In this document: positions 39,091-50,182 of the stretch, in pieces | How the letters are laid out: each line of letters starts with the position of its first letter | Numbering within the stretch: the first letter of the stretch is position 1 | Origin: Minisyncoccia bacterium | Lineage (GTDB): Bacteria; Patescibacteriota; Minisyncoccia; SW-4-49-11 | Direction of reading: 5' to 3' | Assembly: GCA_044341565.1 (NCBI GenBank) | Contig: JBIIRM010000001.1 | Location: 74,527-138,526, forward strand | Length of the DNA stretch: 64,000 bases | Made by a program: the position numbers and the translations under genes | Notes under the pieces: model-generated | Told to the model about the DNA's origin: nothing | Database searches by the model: none | What the model saw: only the letters and a program-made list of their open reading frames with translations

Positions 39091-40701
39091 ATGTCGAAAA
39101 AATTATATATTACTACCAATTCAATTGGCTTTAAGCATCGCTTAAAACAAGTTCTTCAAGATATTTCAGTAACTATTCATCAAGGGGATAAAATTGCTTT
39201 GGTAGGGGATAATGGAACGGGTAAAACTACTTTATTAAAGATTATTGCAAATCTTATTAAGCCAACTAAGGGTATAGTTGAAGAATTAGATTCTGTATGG
39301 TATTTACCCCAATTAGATTTGGAAATATTTCACTCTAATATTCCTATTTCAGAGTATATATCACAGTTTATAGAAGATTGGTGGGAAGTTATTGATCTCA
39401 TTGAGCATACATTTGATTTTAGCATTGATACTAGCCGAGAACTTAATACCTTAAGTGGAGGAGAAATTGTAAAATTACATTTAGGTATTATTTTTTATAT
39501 TAAACCAAAAGTACTATTATTAGATGAGCCTACAAATCATTTAGATATACAAGCTCAAGAATGGTTGATCAAAGCTATACAGGAATATCCCTATAGTGTA
39601 TTAATTGCCTCTCATGACACCTCTTTTGCAGATAGAGTAGTAAATAGAGTATGGGAATTGGAGGATGGGAATATAAGAGAATTTGGCGGTAATGTGTCAT
39701 TTTATCGAGAACAAAAACGTTTAGAAAGTGAAGCGAGATTGCGTCGTTATGAAGTTGCTTTGAAGGATAAAAAACGTTTAGATAAATCGGTGGCATCAGA
39801 GGCGAAAAGACAAGAACAAAATATACAGGTTGGAATTAGAAGTAGACAGGATAGAAGTGTATCTCGTATGGATAGAGGATATCTTAAAAGCAAGGCTCAG
39901 ATGAGAGCGGGACAAAAAAAATTAATGTATGATTCCCGATTAGAAGATAATAAGGAAATTATTCATGAGCTAGAACCACAAATAAAGCGAGATGTAAGAT
40001 ATTATATTCCTCATCAAACAATACAAAATCAAGAAATTATCCTCAATATTCGAGATGGTCTTGTACAAGTTGCTGAAACGGTACTTATTCGAGATATTCG
40101 ATTTCAAGTTTCTAGCGGGGACAGAATTGCTTTGATTGGAGGAAATGGGACGGGTAAAAGTCAATTTTTTCATATGCTTATGAAAAGACAATTATCTTCT
40201 GGTATTTTAGAAATTAAAGATAAGACTAATATTGTATATATGGACCAAACATATGCAATTGTTTGTCCCCATAAGACGATATTGGAAAATATGCGAGATT
40301 ATAATCCCAAAGCTTCTATGATGACAATTCGTCAAAAATTAAGAGAATTTTTATTTTGGGATGATTATCAAGTAAATCAATATGCAGAAAACTTATCCGG
40401 GGGGCAAGTAGCAAGATTAGCCTTTGCAATGATTAGTTTACAACAAGTAGATATATTATTATTAGATGAGCCTACAAATAATCTTGATATTTCAACACAA
40501 GAGGCAATTATACAAGGATTATTAGCGTATAAAGGAGCTTTAATTATTATTTCTCATTCACTTGATTTCTTGAATCGAGTAGGAATTCAGGATATATACT
40601 GTGTTGCAAATCAGCAATATATTCAGCATCCTTATAGTATTGAAGATGAAAGATTTCATAGTAAATTATTAGAAATAATCGGTAATGGAATTGTCCCTTA
40701 A
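39091..40701 (+). CDS. ABC-F family ribosome-binding ATPase (ARE-like)
   Basis: Two NBDs (GDNGTGKT/LSGGE/DEPTNHLD and GGNGTGKS/LSGGQ/DEPTNNLD), no TM, long basic linker. Confidence 0.88.
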   Translation: MSKKLYITTNSIGFKHRLKQVLQDISVTIHQGDKIALVGDNGTGKTTLLKIIANLIKPTKGIVEELDSVWYLPQLDLEIFHSNIPISEYISQFIEDWWEVIDLIEHTFDFSIDTSRELNTLSGGEIVKLHLGIIFYIKPKVLLLDEPTNHLDIQAQEWLIKAIQEYPYSVLIASHDTSFADRVVNRVWELEDGNIREFGGNVSFYREQKRLESEARLRRYEVALKDKKRLDKSVASEAKRQEQNIQVGIRSRQDRSVSRMDRGYLKSKAQMRAGQKKLMYDSRLEDNKEIIHELEPQIKRDVRYYIPHQTIQNQEIILNIRDGLVQVAETVLIRDIRFQVSSGDRIALIGGNGTGKSQFFHMLMKRQLSSGILEIKDKTNIVYMDQTYAIVCPHKTILENMRDYNPKASMMTIRQKLREFLFWDDYQVNQYAENLSGGQVARLAFAMISLQQVDILLLDEPTNNLDISTQEAIIQGLLAYKGALIIISHSLDFLNRVGIQDIYCVANQQYIQHPYSIEDERFHSKLLEIIGNGIVP

Positions 40702-40742
40702 ATTGTGATACTATAAATATACATAATCCAATATAAATAAAA

Positions 40743-42335
40743 ATGATTTATAGTATCTTATCATTAGGTGTAATTGCAATTCTTAGTATTGCTTGGACTT
40801 TAGTATATAAAAAAAATCATACAAGTATATCACAATGGTTCTTATTTCCCTTGACGGGAGCGATTATATGGACATTTGGTTGGTTGGGAATACACATTAT
40901 TTTTTCTAAGCCAGATTTTTTTTCAAAGTCTCTATATATAATCTTCCAACAAATTATGTTCTCAGGACTTATTGCTGTGCCATTAGGTCTTATTATAACA
41001 GCATTGTATTATCCATTTAGTAAGACAAATACTGTATATAAGAATAGAATTTCTTGGGCTATTAGTATTGTGTATATACTATTTTTGATTCCTATTTACA
41101 CCTCATTTCATTTATTTCAAAATATCAGCATATATAACAATGGTGTTGTCTTAGAATATGGACCTTTATTCCAATATTATCAAATAGGATTAGGGATAGC
41201 TTTATTTATGAGTATTATAGTCATTATAAGTCGATTAAAGCATATTCAAAAAAAGAAAGACAAAATAGTATCATTATATTTTATTATGGGTTATTTTATC
41301 ACTATCATAGGGTACATTACTAGCACATTATTTATTTTTATTCAAGGGGATAGTACTTTTATGAAATATAACCCACTTTTATTACTGGTCTGGATTGGAT
41401 TTATTGTAATAGGAGCTATTCAATATAAATTAGTTGACTCAAAAATCTTTATATCCCAAATTATTATTATATGGGCAGTAATTATTATTGCTGTTATCAC
41501 ATTTAGTAATACATCACCAGTTACTCTTATTATTGACATATTATTTCTGATTATATTTAGTGTATTAGGAATTATTCTTATACAAAACTTACAAGAATCA
41601 TCTTATATCAAAAAAGATTTAAATAGAGATAATCGCAAATTACAAAAATTTATTAATGTAAAAGATAATTTTTTGAGAATGACAACACATCAATTGAGAA
41701 CCCCAGTAATTATTTTAGAAGAATATACCAGTACTTTGATAAATAAAGTATCAAAGAATCAGTCTCCTGAATTAGACTATTTACATAAAATTCTTATTAA
41801 TAATTATCGATTAAAAGAAGTGATAGAGGATTTAACTCTTACTTATGCTATAGAAGCTGATAAATTTGAATTAAATCATATTGTTCCAGTAGATATTGCT
41901 CTCATCATAGAGCATGTCATGGAGGATATTAAAACATCTCAAAAATATCTTGATATTACAATGCGATTAGAAAAAGCCAATAGAAATTATATTATTAAGG
42001 GGGAAGCCCATTATTTAGAATTAGCTTTTAAAAAAGTAATACAGAATGCCTATATATTTGCAAATGAAGAAGTGATAATACGGTTACATACCAATAAGGA
42101 TAGTATTCTTATTTCTATTGTAGATGATGGAATTGGTATTAATAAAGATGATTTGCGACAATTATTCCTTCCTTTTATACGAGGATATAGGGCTCCTGTA
42201 TTAAATCCAGATGGATCTGGATTAGGTATTTACTTAACAAAACATATTGTTAATAGCCATGAAGGTAAATTTATGTTAAAAAGTGATGGTGAGGGCTTGG
42301 GTGCTGAAGCTATAATTATTCTCCCTAAAAATTAA
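40743..42335 (+). CDS. Multi-TM sensor histidine kinase (orphan) 2
   Basis: TM-rich N-terminus, THQLRTP, DDGIG, GSGLGI. Confidence 0.88.
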   Translation: MIYSILSLGVIAILSIAWTLVYKKNHTSISQWFLFPLTGAIIWTFGWLGIHIIFSKPDFFSKSLYIIFQQIMFSGLIAVPLGLIITALYYPFSKTNTVYKNRISWAISIVYILFLIPIYTSFHLFQNISIYNNGVVLEYGPLFQYYQIGLGIALFMSIIVIISRLKHIQKKKDKIVSLYFIMGYFITIIGYITSTLFIFIQGDSTFMKYNPLLLLVWIGFIVIGAIQYKLVDSKIFISQIIIIWAVIIIAVITFSNTSPVTLIIDILFLIIFSVLGIILIQNLQESSYIKKDLNRDNRKLQKFINVKDNFLRMTTHQLRTPVIILEEYTSTLINKVSKNQSPELDYLHKILINNYRLKEVIEDLTLTYAIEADKFELNHIVPVDIALIIEHVMEDIKTSQKYLDITMRLEKANRNYIIKGEAHYLELAFKKVIQNAYIFANEEVIIRLHTNKDSILISIVDDGIGINKDDLRQLFLPFIRGYRAPVLNPDGSGLGIYLTKHIVNSHEGKFMLKSDGEGLGAEAIIILPKN

Positions 42336-42337
42336 AT

Positions 42338-43975
42338 ATGAATACAGATTCACAATATATTATTGAAGTATTATTAGGCTCTATTGGGGGGCTATTAAGT
42401 TTAGCCTTGGGGGTATTTTGTGTCGTAATATATAGAAGTACAGTTAAAAAATATACTATAAAGCATCGATATGTAGGGTGGTTTGGAGTATTATTAATTG
42501 CTACAGGAATTTGGGCATTATGTGAGGTCTGGAATGAACAGCAATTTTTTGGAGGATATGAATTGGCACTTACCTATGGAATTGGTATAATGTTACCCCT
42601 TATATTTTATATTTTTGTTAAATCATTGGATAATACATTCAAATGGGATTGGAAATTCTTTCTCTTTCTCTTTATACAGATAAGTATTATTTTGTATTTA
42701 ATTCACCCACAATATGGCATTGTAGATTATCAATATCCATCGCCTGAATTACGACTAGGATCTTTTCAGCATCTTGTATTTGTACTCTATATGTTCTTAG
42801 CCAGTTTTCTCGGATTATCATATTTATTAAAGATTGTACGTACAAAAACCATTCCTTATGCTGAGGGTATATTTGTTGCTCTAGCAGTACCATTTAGTGT
42901 TGTAGCAATTGCTAATATTGTAATTCCCTTTATATTCCTTGATAATTCATATCATCGTATTGGGCCATTGGGATTATTATTAATGGCTATATATATAACC
43001 TATATTATTATTAAACAAGAGGCTTTAAAAATACCGGTTATTCTATTCCAGTTATATGCACTTGGAACTATTCTGGTTACAGCTATTGCAGTACAAATAG
43101 GGTTAATCTTATTTGGAGTTACAAGTATTTTTCAACCGGAAAGAATTATTTTGATTATTATATTAAGTATTATCGTGGGAGTTTTAATGAATCAAACATT
43201 ACAAGGGTTGGAAGATGCCAATTTAGTGCAAAAAGTCCACAAAGAATTAAAATCTTCTATTAAGGCTAAGAATCAATTTATTCAAATATCCTCGCATCAG
43301 TTAAGAACTCCTATTACTGCAATTAAGGGATATTTATCTTTATTAAAAGAAGCGCATGCCCCCAAAGATGATGCAATGGGCCATTATATTGTACAAATGA
43401 GTGTCATTGTACAAAATATGTCTACTGTTATTGAGGATGTTTTGAATGTAAACTCTCTTAATTCTGGTGATTTTAGTGTAAGACTAGATGATATATTTGA
43501 CTTAGAAAAACAATTAACAGACACAGTTGAAAATAAATCATTCCTAATGGATAAGTCAAATATCAGTTATACTTATACCGTAAAAGGAGATGATTTTATG
43601 ATAAAGGGAGATGAGGTAAAAATACGAGAAGTTTTGAATAATGGACTTGATAATGCTTTGCAATATGGTAAAGACCACATTAAGATCCAACTTATTGGAA
43701 ATAAAAAAGAAATACAAATTAAAATACAAGATAATGGTATTGGTATTACGCCAGCAGAGCAAAAAATTATTTTTAAACCATATAAAAGAGGCGAATCTGC
43801 TCAGCAAATACGTCATGATGGAACTGGGCTTGGGCTTCATTTGATGAAATTGATCATAGAAGCCCATAAAGGAACTGTTAGTATAAAAAGTGAGGGAAGA
43901 GATAAAGGAAGTATGCTTACCATAACGATTCCAAGAATTCATCAAGATAATAAAAAGGTGGTGGAAGAGAAATAA
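42338..43975 (+). CDS. Multi-TM sensor histidine kinase (orphan) 3
   Basis: TM-rich N-terminus, SHQLRTP, DNALQY, DNGIG, GTGLGL. Confidence 0.9.
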   Translation: MNTDSQYIIEVLLGSIGGLLSLALGVFCVVIYRSTVKKYTIKHRYVGWFGVLLIATGIWALCEVWNEQQFFGGYELALTYGIGIMLPLIFYIFVKSLDNTFKWDWKFFLFLFIQISIILYLIHPQYGIVDYQYPSPELRLGSFQHLVFVLYMFLASFLGLSYLLKIVRTKTIPYAEGIFVALAVPFSVVAIANIVIPFIFLDNSYHRIGPLGLLLMAIYITYIIIKQEALKIPVILFQLYALGTILVTAIAVQIGLILFGVTSIFQPERIILIIILSIIVGVLMNQTLQGLEDANLVQKVHKELKSSIKAKNQFIQISSHQLRTPITAIKGYLSLLKEAHAPKDDAMGHYIVQMSVIVQNMSTVIEDVLNVNSLNSGDFSVRLDDIFDLEKQLTDTVENKSFLMDKSNISYTYTVKGDDFMIKGDEVKIREVLNNGLDNALQYGKDHIKIQLIGNKKEIQIKIQDNGIGITPAEQKIIFKPYKRGESAQQIRHDGTGLGLHLMKLIIEAHKGTVSIKSEGRDKGSMLTITIPRIHQDNKKVVEEK

Positions 43976-43988
43976 TTCAGTTTTCCTC

Positions 43989-44017
43989 TTGACTAAATTC
44001 CAAATATGGTTTAGAAT
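43989..44017 (+). promoter_or_regulatory. Promoter of the tuf-S10 operon
   Basis: TTGACT-17-TAGAAT. Confidence 0.7.
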
Positions 44018-44085
44018 AGTTCAGAGTGTGTTTGACTCGACCGTGTTTTTATTCAGTTAAACAATAATAATTAAAGTATACTTCT

Positions 44086-45282
44086 ATGGCAACCGAAAAG
44101 TATGAGCGAAACAAGCCCCATGTAAATGTAGGAACTATTGGTCATGTTGATCATGGTAAAACAACATTAACTGCAGCTATTCTTAATGTACTTAGTTTAA
44201 GAGGAAATGTAGTTACAAAAAAAGCTGTTAATGAAATCGATGCAGCTCCTGAGGAAAAAGCTCGAGGAATTACCATTGCTACAGCTCATGTTGAGTATGA
44301 ATCAGATACTCGTCATTATGCACATATTGATTGTCCAGGACATGCTGATTATATCAAGAACATGATTACCGGTGCTGCTCAAATGGATGGAGCTATCTTA
44401 GTAGTATCTGCTGCAGATGGTCCTATGCCTCAAACTCGAGAGCATATTCTTCTTGCAAATCAAATTGGAGTACCTCAAATTGTAGTATTCCTTAATAAAG
44501 TTGATCAAGTTGATGATGAGGAATTGATTGAACTTGTAGAAGTAGAAGTTCGAGAACTATTAAGTAAATATAGTTTTGATGGAGATAATGCTCGAATTGT
44601 TCGAGGATCAGCTCTTAAGGCTCTTGAAACAACTGATGTTAATTCAGATGCAGCTAAGCCAATCTTAGAGCTTGTTGATGCTCTTGATGAAGCTATTCCA
44701 GAACCAAAGCGAGAAATTGATTTAGATTTCTTGATGCCAGTTGAAGATATTTTCTCAATTGAAGGACGAGGAACTGTAGTAACCGGAAGAATCGAAAAAG
44801 GAATTATCAAAGTAAACTCAGAAGTAGAAATTGTTGGACTTCGACCTACTCAAAAAACAGTTGTTACTGGAGTTGAGATGTTCAAAAAGCTTCTTGATGA
44901 AGGGCAAGCCGGAGACAATGTAGGGCTTCTTCTTCGAGGAGTTAAAAAAGAAGATGTTGAAAGAGGACAAGTACTTGCAAAAGTTGGATCTATTACTCCT
45001 CATACTGAATTTGAAGCTGAGGTATATGTTCTAACAAAAGAAGAAGGAGGACGACATACCCCATTTGTATCTGGGTATAAGCCACAATTCTATATTCGAA
45101 CTACTGATGTAACAGGAGAAATCACTCTTCCTGAAGGATCAGAATTAGTTATGCCAGGAGATACTGTTACTGTAAAAGTTGCTCTTGTAGCTCCTATTGC
45201 ACTTACTGACAATCAAAGATTTGCAATTCGAGAAGGTGGGCATACTGTTGGAGCTGGAGTTGTTACGAAAGTTATCAAATAA
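44086..45282 (+). CDS. tuf: Elongation factor Tu
   Basis: [27 protein letters not shown]. Confidence 0.99.
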   Translation: MATEKYERNKPHVNVGTIGHVDHGKTTLTAAILNVLSLRGNVVTKKAVNEIDAAPEEKARGITIATAHVEYESDTRHYAHIDCPGHADYIKNMITGAAQMDGAILVVSAADGPMPQTREHILLANQIGVPQIVVFLNKVDQVDDEELIELVEVEVRELLSKYSFDGDNARIVRGSALKALETTDVNSDAAKPILELVDALDEAIPEPKREIDLDFLMPVEDIFSIEGRGTVVTGRIEKGIIKVNSEVEIVGLRPTQKTVVTGVEMFKKLLDEGQAGDNVGLLLRGVKKEDVERGQVLAKVGSITPHTEFEAEVYVLTKEEGGRHTPFVSGYKPQFYIRTTDVTGEITLPEGSELVMPGDTVTVKVALVAPIALTDNQRFAIREGGHTVGAGVVTKVIK

Positions 45283-45303
45283 GGCTTTAGATAAGAAAAA
45301 AGT

Positions 45304-45636
45304 ATGTCAACTAAAAAAGAAGAGTATAAATCACGAATACGGATTAAGATCAAAGCTTATGATTATAAGTTAGCTGATCAATCATCTGTACAGATTATTA
45401 ATACCGCTATGAAATTTGGAGCAAATGCTGTGGGACCTATTCCACTTCCTACTTCCATTAAGAAATATACGGTATTAAAATCAACATTCGTGCATAAAGA
45501 CTCTCGAGACCAATTTGAGATGAGAGTTCATAAGAGACTTATTGATATTGCAGAACCAAATTCTAAGGTAATTGATGCTCTTATGAATCTCAATCTCCCG
45601 GTTGGAGTAGATATTTCTATCAAGTATCTCAATTAG
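45304..45636 (+). CDS. rpsJ: 30S ribosomal protein S10
   Basis: RIRIKIKAYD, GPIPLPT, HKRLIDI. Confidence 0.97.
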   Translation: MSTKKEEYKSRIRIKIKAYDYKLADQSSVQIINTAMKFGANAVGPIPLPTSIKKYTVLKSTFVHKDSRDQFEMRVHKRLIDIAEPNSKVIDALMNLNLPVGVDISIKYLN

Positions 45637-45657
45637 TAATCAAGGTAAAGTGTAAGT

Positions 45658-46236
45658 ATGAAATTTTCGTTTGCTCAAAAGATTGGAATGACTCAAGTGT
45701 TTGAAGAAGGTAAAGTAATACCCGTCACGAAAGTTCAATTGTATCCCGATGTAAAGGTACAAGCTCTTATTGCTGAAGATAAAACAGGATATAATGCTGT
45801 GCAATTTGGTGCAAAATATTCTAAAAAGGTAAAAGATACTGAATTACCAAGATTATTAAAAGAAGTTCGTGTAAATAAATTCCCAGAATTAGAAGTAGGT
45901 GCTGTATTAGATATAGCTCAATATGAAGTGGGGAATGTCTTAGAAGTAAAAGGAGTTTCAAAAGGAAAAGGATTTGCTGGAGTAGTAAAACGACATGGAT
46001 TTGCTGGAGCAAATGCTACTCATGGAACCAAGCATACTGAGCGATCAGGAGGTTCTATTGGATCAGGGTATCCAGAGCATGTTTTGAAAGGACGTAAAAT
46101 GCCGGGACGAGATGGATTTAAAACTCAAACATTAAAGAATGTAAAAGTTGTAGGAATAGATATTGAAAATAATCAATTATTATTAAAGGGAGCAATTCCT
46201 GGACCTAATAAGGGATTATTACAAATTGTCGGTTAG
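45658..46236 (+). CDS. rplC: 50S ribosomal protein L3
   Basis: KIGMTQ, SKGKGFAGVVKRHGF, KGAIPG. Confidence 0.97.
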   Translation: MKFSFAQKIGMTQVFEEGKVIPVTKVQLYPDVKVQALIAEDKTGYNAVQFGAKYSKKVKDTELPRLLKEVRVNKFPELEVGAVLDIAQYEVGNVLEVKGVSKGKGFAGVVKRHGFAGANATHGTKHTERSGGSIGSGYPEHVLKGRKMPGRDGFKTQTLKNVKVVGIDIENNQLLLKGAIPGPNKGLLQIVG

Positions 46237-46246
46237 ATAAGTTTAT

Positions 46247-46882
46247 ATGAAGATTCAGGTAATTACCACAAAAGGAGTAAAGAAGGAGCAATATGAATTG
46301 CCAAGTGAGATATTTGAAGTAGCTCCAAATGAGAGTTTAATTCATCAGGTATATCGATATTTGGTTTTGAATAAGCTTTATCCTGTAGCTCATACCAAGG
46401 ACCGCTCAGAAGTACGTGGAGGAGGTAAAAAACCTTGGAAGCAAAAAGGAACTGGTAGAGCTCGACATGGATCAACTCGTTCTCCAATTTGGCGAACAGG
46501 AGGTATTACTTTTGGACCTACAAGTGCCAAGAATTTTGCAGTATCTATCAATAAAAAAATGAAGCGGAAAGCTTTATTTATGACCCTTTCATCTAGAGTA
46601 GCTGCTGATAAATTTGTATTATTAGATGATTTTGCATTATCCGCAATTAAAACTAAGGAAGCAGTATCAATTTTGAATAATCTTAAGCTTGAAGATAAGA
46701 AAACTCTCGTAATTGTACCTCGAGAAGATAAATATGCAGAAAAATCATTTGCAAATATCCCAACTGTCTCATTAATATATGCTGATTCATTGAATATTGA
46801 GGATATATTAAAAAGTGATACTATTTTAACTTCAGTACCATCAGTTGAGACTATTAAGGATATCTATAAGAATTACGTTTAA
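46247..46882 (+). CDS. rplD: 50S ribosomal protein L4
   Basis: GGGKKPWKQKGTGRARHGS. Confidence 0.98.
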   Translation: MKIQVITTKGVKKEQYELPSEIFEVAPNESLIHQVYRYLVLNKLYPVAHTKDRSEVRGGGKKPWKQKGTGRARHGSTRSPIWRTGGITFGPTSAKNFAVSINKKMKRKALFMTLSSRVAADKFVLLDDFALSAIKTKEAVSILNNLKLEDKKTLVIVPREDKYAEKSFANIPTVSLIYADSLNIEDILKSDTILTSVPSVETIKDIYKNYV

Positions 46883-46886
46883 GGAT

Positions 46887-47210
46887 ATGGCAAAGAAAGA
46901 ATCTACAACTGAAGCAGTACAAGAATTACAGCATAATACACAATCATATCAGGTATTAATAAAGCCTGTGATTAGTGAAAAAACGTATTCTTTATTCCAG
47001 AATAGACAGTATTCATTTGAAGTAACTGGGAATACGAATAAGCAAGAGATTGCAAAAGCAGTAGAATTATTGTATAATGTCAAGGTTTCACAAGTTCGAG
47101 TAATGAAAGTAAAACCACGAAACGTATTTGTGCGTGGAAAGAAGGGAAAGACAACAGGGTATAAAAAAGCCATTGTGTCATTGAAAGAAGGATTTAGCAT
47201 CAGTATTTAG
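46887..47210 (+). CDS. rplW: 50S ribosomal protein L23
   Basis: [24 protein letters not shown]; start at ATG 46887. Confidence 0.95.
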   Translation: MAKKESTTEAVQELQHNTQSYQVLIKPVISEKTYSLFQNRQYSFEVTGNTNKQEIAKAVELLYNVKVSQVRVMKVKPRNVFVRGKKGKTTGYKKAIVSLKEGFSISI

Positions 47211-47212
47211 AT

Positions 47213-48040
47213 ATGATTAAGCATCGAAAACCCACCACACCAGGAAGAAGAAAGAGCTCAGTTGTTGATTACCGAGAGGCTTTAACAAAGACAACTCCAG
47301 AAAAGTCTTTATTAGCTCCTATTCGCTCAATGTCAGGTCGTAATTCACGAGGAGTGATTACTGTGCGACATAAAGGAGGACGAAATAAAAGAATGTATCG
47401 ATTGGTTGATTTCAAGCAAAAGCGTTTTGATATTGAAGCAATTGTACAATCAATTGAATATGATCCAAATCGATCTGCTTTTATTGCTCTTGTTACCTAT
47501 ACAGATGGAATCAAATCATATATTTTAGCTCCAGGTAAATTAACCGTAGGGCAGAGACTATTATTTAGTAAACAAGCTCCTTTAATTATTGGAAATAGAT
47601 TAACATTAGAATTTATTCCAGTGGGAACTGAAGTATATAATTTGGAATTATTCCCAGGAAAAGGTGGTCAAATTATTCGATCAGCTGGAAGCGCAGGACA
47701 AGTATTAGCTGTGGAAGACACCTATGCTTTAGTAAAACTTCCTTCGGGAGAAGTAAGAAAAGTACATAAAACCGTATATGCAAGTATTGGGAGAGTAAGT
47801 AATGAATCTCATATGCTTGAGAATATTGGAAAAGCTGGACGAAATCGATGGCGTGGAGTAAGACCAGCAGTTCGAGGAAGTGCTATGAATCCAGTAGACC
47901 ATCCACATGGAGGAGGAGAAGGACGACAACCAATTGGACTTAAGTCACCAAAAACTCCTTGGGGTAAAATTGCTCTTGGTAAAAAGACCCGTAAGAAGAA
48001 TAAGCCAAGTAATAAGTTTATTATAAGTAGAAGGAAATAA
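47213..48040 (+). CDS. rplB: 50S ribosomal protein L2
   Basis: [22 protein letters not shown]. Confidence 0.99.
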   Translation: MIKHRKPTTPGRRKSSVVDYREALTKTTPEKSLLAPIRSMSGRNSRGVITVRHKGGRNKRMYRLVDFKQKRFDIEAIVQSIEYDPNRSAFIALVTYTDGIKSYILAPGKLTVGQRLLFSKQAPLIIGNRLTLEFIPVGTEVYNLELFPGKGGQIIRSAGSAGQVLAVEDTYALVKLPSGEVRKVHKTVYASIGRVSNESHMLENIGKAGRNRWRGVRPAVRGSAMNPVDHPHGGGEGRQPIGLKSPKTPWGKIALGKKTRKKNKPSNKFIISRRK

Positions 48041-48049
48041 GTATAGTAT

Positions 48050-48316
48050 ATGTCTAGAAGTCTTAAGAAAGGTCCCTACATCGATGAGAAATTAATAACC
48101 AAGGTTTTAGCATTAAAACCTGGAGATACTACCATCATCAAAACATGGGCACGCCATAGTACAGTTACTCCAGAAATGGTAGGATTTACTTTTGGTGTAC
48201 ATAATGGGAAAACTCATATCCCCGTGTATATCAAAGAAGATATGGTAGGACATAAGTTGGGAGAATTCTCAGCAACTCGTAAATTTATTGGACATAGTGG
48301 TAAGAAAGCTAAATAA
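48050..48316 (+). CDS. rpsS: 30S ribosomal protein S19
   Basis: [18 protein letters not shown]. Confidence 0.98.
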   Translation: MSRSLKKGPYIDEKLITKVLALKPGDTTIIKTWARHSTVTPEMVGFTFGVHNGKTHIPVYIKEDMVGHKLGEFSATRKFIGHSGKKAK

Positions 48317-48324
48317 GTACTCGT

Positions 48325-48819
48325 ATGGAATGGAATGCAACACTTAAAAATCTAAGAATTAGTCCGAGAAAAACTCGGTTGGTTGTTGATGCTGTGCGAG
48401 GGAAATCTGTAAAAGATGCACTTGCTATACTTGATACCTTGAGTCAAAAATCAAGTATTCCGGTCAAAAAGCTTATACAATCTGCAGTAGCTAATGCTAA
48501 AAAGCAAGATTCAGTATTAGAAGCTCAATTACAGGTATCATCAATTTTTGTAGATGCAGGACTTACATTAAAGCGTTTTCGGCCTCGAGCTTTTGGAAGA
48601 GCATATACTATTCGTAAAAGAAGTTCACATATTACCTTGACTTTGAAGGAACTTGATATTGTAAAGAAGAGAAAAGCTGCTACCGAAGCTAAAGAAATAG
48701 CTGAAAAACCAGCTGTAAAAGAGGCTGTAACAACAGCTACTAAGGCTAAGACAACTGCTGTCAAAAAGCCAGCTAAGAAAGTAGTTACCAAGAAAGCTCT
48801 CAAGGATAGCGATAAATAA
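48325..48819 (+). CDS. rplV: 50S ribosomal protein L22 with Lys/Ala-rich C-terminal extension
   Basis: RISPRK, KRFRPRAFGRA, followed by a K/A/T-rich tail of about 55 aa. Confidence 0.97.
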   Translation: MEWNATLKNLRISPRKTRLVVDAVRGKSVKDALAILDTLSQKSSIPVKKLIQSAVANAKKQDSVLEAQLQVSSIFVDAGLTLKRFRPRAFGRAYTIRKRSSHITLTLKELDIVKKRKAATEAKEIAEKPAVKEAVTTATKAKTTAVKKPAKKVVTKKALKDSDK

Positions 48820-48827
48820 TTAGATAT

Positions 48828-49475
48828 ATGGGAAATAAGGTTTCAGCAAATGTATATAGACTAGGAGTCACAAAGGGATGGACATCTCGATGGTTTGGTA
48901 CTGCTAAAAATTTACCAAAAGATTTACAAGAAGATGCAAAAATTCGTGTATTTATTACAAAAACTCTTCCAAAATCAGGAATTAGTACTATTGATATTGA
49001 AAGAACTCCTCGATTAATAAATATTATTATTCATACTTCTCGAGCTGGAATGATTATTGGAAGAGGAGGAGCTGGAATTGAATCATTAAAGAAAACTATC
49101 AAAAAACTTATTGGAACTCAAATTGATTTACGCCTTACTGTTGAGGAAATCAAGAATCCAAATGAAAATGCTGCTATTATTGGAGAAAATATTGCTGAGC
49201 AATTAGAAAAAAGAATTCCATTCCGACGAGTATTAAAGCAAACTATAGAAAATGTATTCCAAAGTCAAAATGTAAAGGGGATTAAAATATTATTGAGCGG
49301 AAGATTAGATGGAGCTGAAATGTCTCGAACAGAATATTTGACTAAGGGAAAAATTCCTTTGGCTACTCTTCGAGCAAATATTGATTTTGCTAAAAAAACC
49401 GCTTATACCAAATATGGAACTACCGGAATTAAGGTTTGGGTATATAAGGGGAATGTATTAGAGGAGCAAAAATAA
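48828..49475 (+). CDS. rpsC: 30S ribosomal protein S3
   Basis: MGNKV, IIGRGG, SGRLDGAE, GIKVWVY. Confidence 0.98.
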   Translation: MGNKVSANVYRLGVTKGWTSRWFGTAKNLPKDLQEDAKIRVFITKTLPKSGISTIDIERTPRLINIIIHTSRAGMIIGRGGAGIESLKKTIKKLIGTQIDLRLTVEEIKNPNENAAIIGENIAEQLEKRIPFRRVLKQTIENVFQSQNVKGIKILLSGRLDGAEMSRTEYLTKGKIPLATLRANIDFAKKTAYTKYGTTGIKVWVYKGNVLEEQK

Positions 49476-49493
49476 TAAGTTAAGAATTCTATT

Positions 49494-49916
49494 ATGTTAT
49501 TAGCACCAAGAAAGACGAAGCATCGAAAAATTCATAAGGGAAAACCTTCTGATAAGTTAAATGCAGCCTCCAGAGGAATAGAATTATCATTTGGTTCTTA
49601 TGGTCTTCGAGCCACAGAAGCTAAATGGATTACTGCTCGTCAAATTGAATCTGCCCGACGAGCCATTAGTCGATATACCGCTAGAGGAGGTAAGGTTTGG
49701 ATTCGCGTATTCCCTCATAAGCCTATTACTACCAAAAGTGCTGAAGTAGGTATGGGAAAAGGAAAAGGAGCGGTGGATCATTATGTAGTAAACCTAAAAG
49801 CAGGTAAGATTTTATTTGAAATTGATGGTGTTACCAGAGAAATTGCTGAAGAAGCTCTTAAAAGAGCTGGAGCTAAGCTCCCGGTAAAAACAAAGTTTAT
49901 TAGTAAAGAGCAATAA
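49494..49916 (+). CDS. rplP: 50S ribosomal protein L16
   Basis: RQIESAR, WIRVFP, MGKGKG. Confidence 0.98.
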   Translation: MLLAPRKTKHRKIHKGKPSDKLNAASRGIELSFGSYGLRATEAKWITARQIESARRAISRYTARGGKVWIRVFPHKPITTKSAEVGMGKGKGAVDHYVVNLKAGKILFEIDGVTREIAEEALKRAGAKLPVKTKFISKEQ

Positions 49917-49920
49917 AAGC

Positions 49921-49949
49921 TTGACTAATTGCAAAAAATTCGATATACT
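49921..49949 (+). promoter_or_regulatory. Internal promoter before rpmC
   Basis: TTGACT-17-TATACT in a 69-bp gap. Confidence 0.7.
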
Positions 49950-49985
49950 ATAGCCTATGACTGGCGCTTTAAGAACAGAGTTATT

Positions 49986-50174
49986 ATGAGTAAAGAGGGA
50001 TACAATACCAAGGCACAAGGAGAATTACAAAAGATTCTTGCTGAGAAGCAATTAGAACTTGGTAAGCTCATCTTTGTAAAAGGAGATCCTTCTCAAAAAT
50101 CAGATGGCTCAGCTATCAAAGCATTGAGACGAGATATTGCTCGAATTCAAACAGTATTGACCAAATTATCCTAA
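49986..50174 (+). CDS. rpmC: 50S ribosomal protein L29
   Basis: IKALRRDIARIQTVL and operon position; start at ATG 49986. Confidence 0.92.
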   Translation: MSKEGYNTKAQGELQKILAEKQLELGKLIFVKGDPSQKSDGSAIKALRRDIARIQTVLTKLS

Positions 50175-50182
50175 TTTTAACT

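Noticed and set aside
39515-40478. 23-bp direct repeat TATTATTAGATGAGCCTACAAAT in the ABC-F gene
   Set aside because: It encodes the Walker B LLDEPTN of both NBDs, and is explained by protein constraint and AT codon bias.
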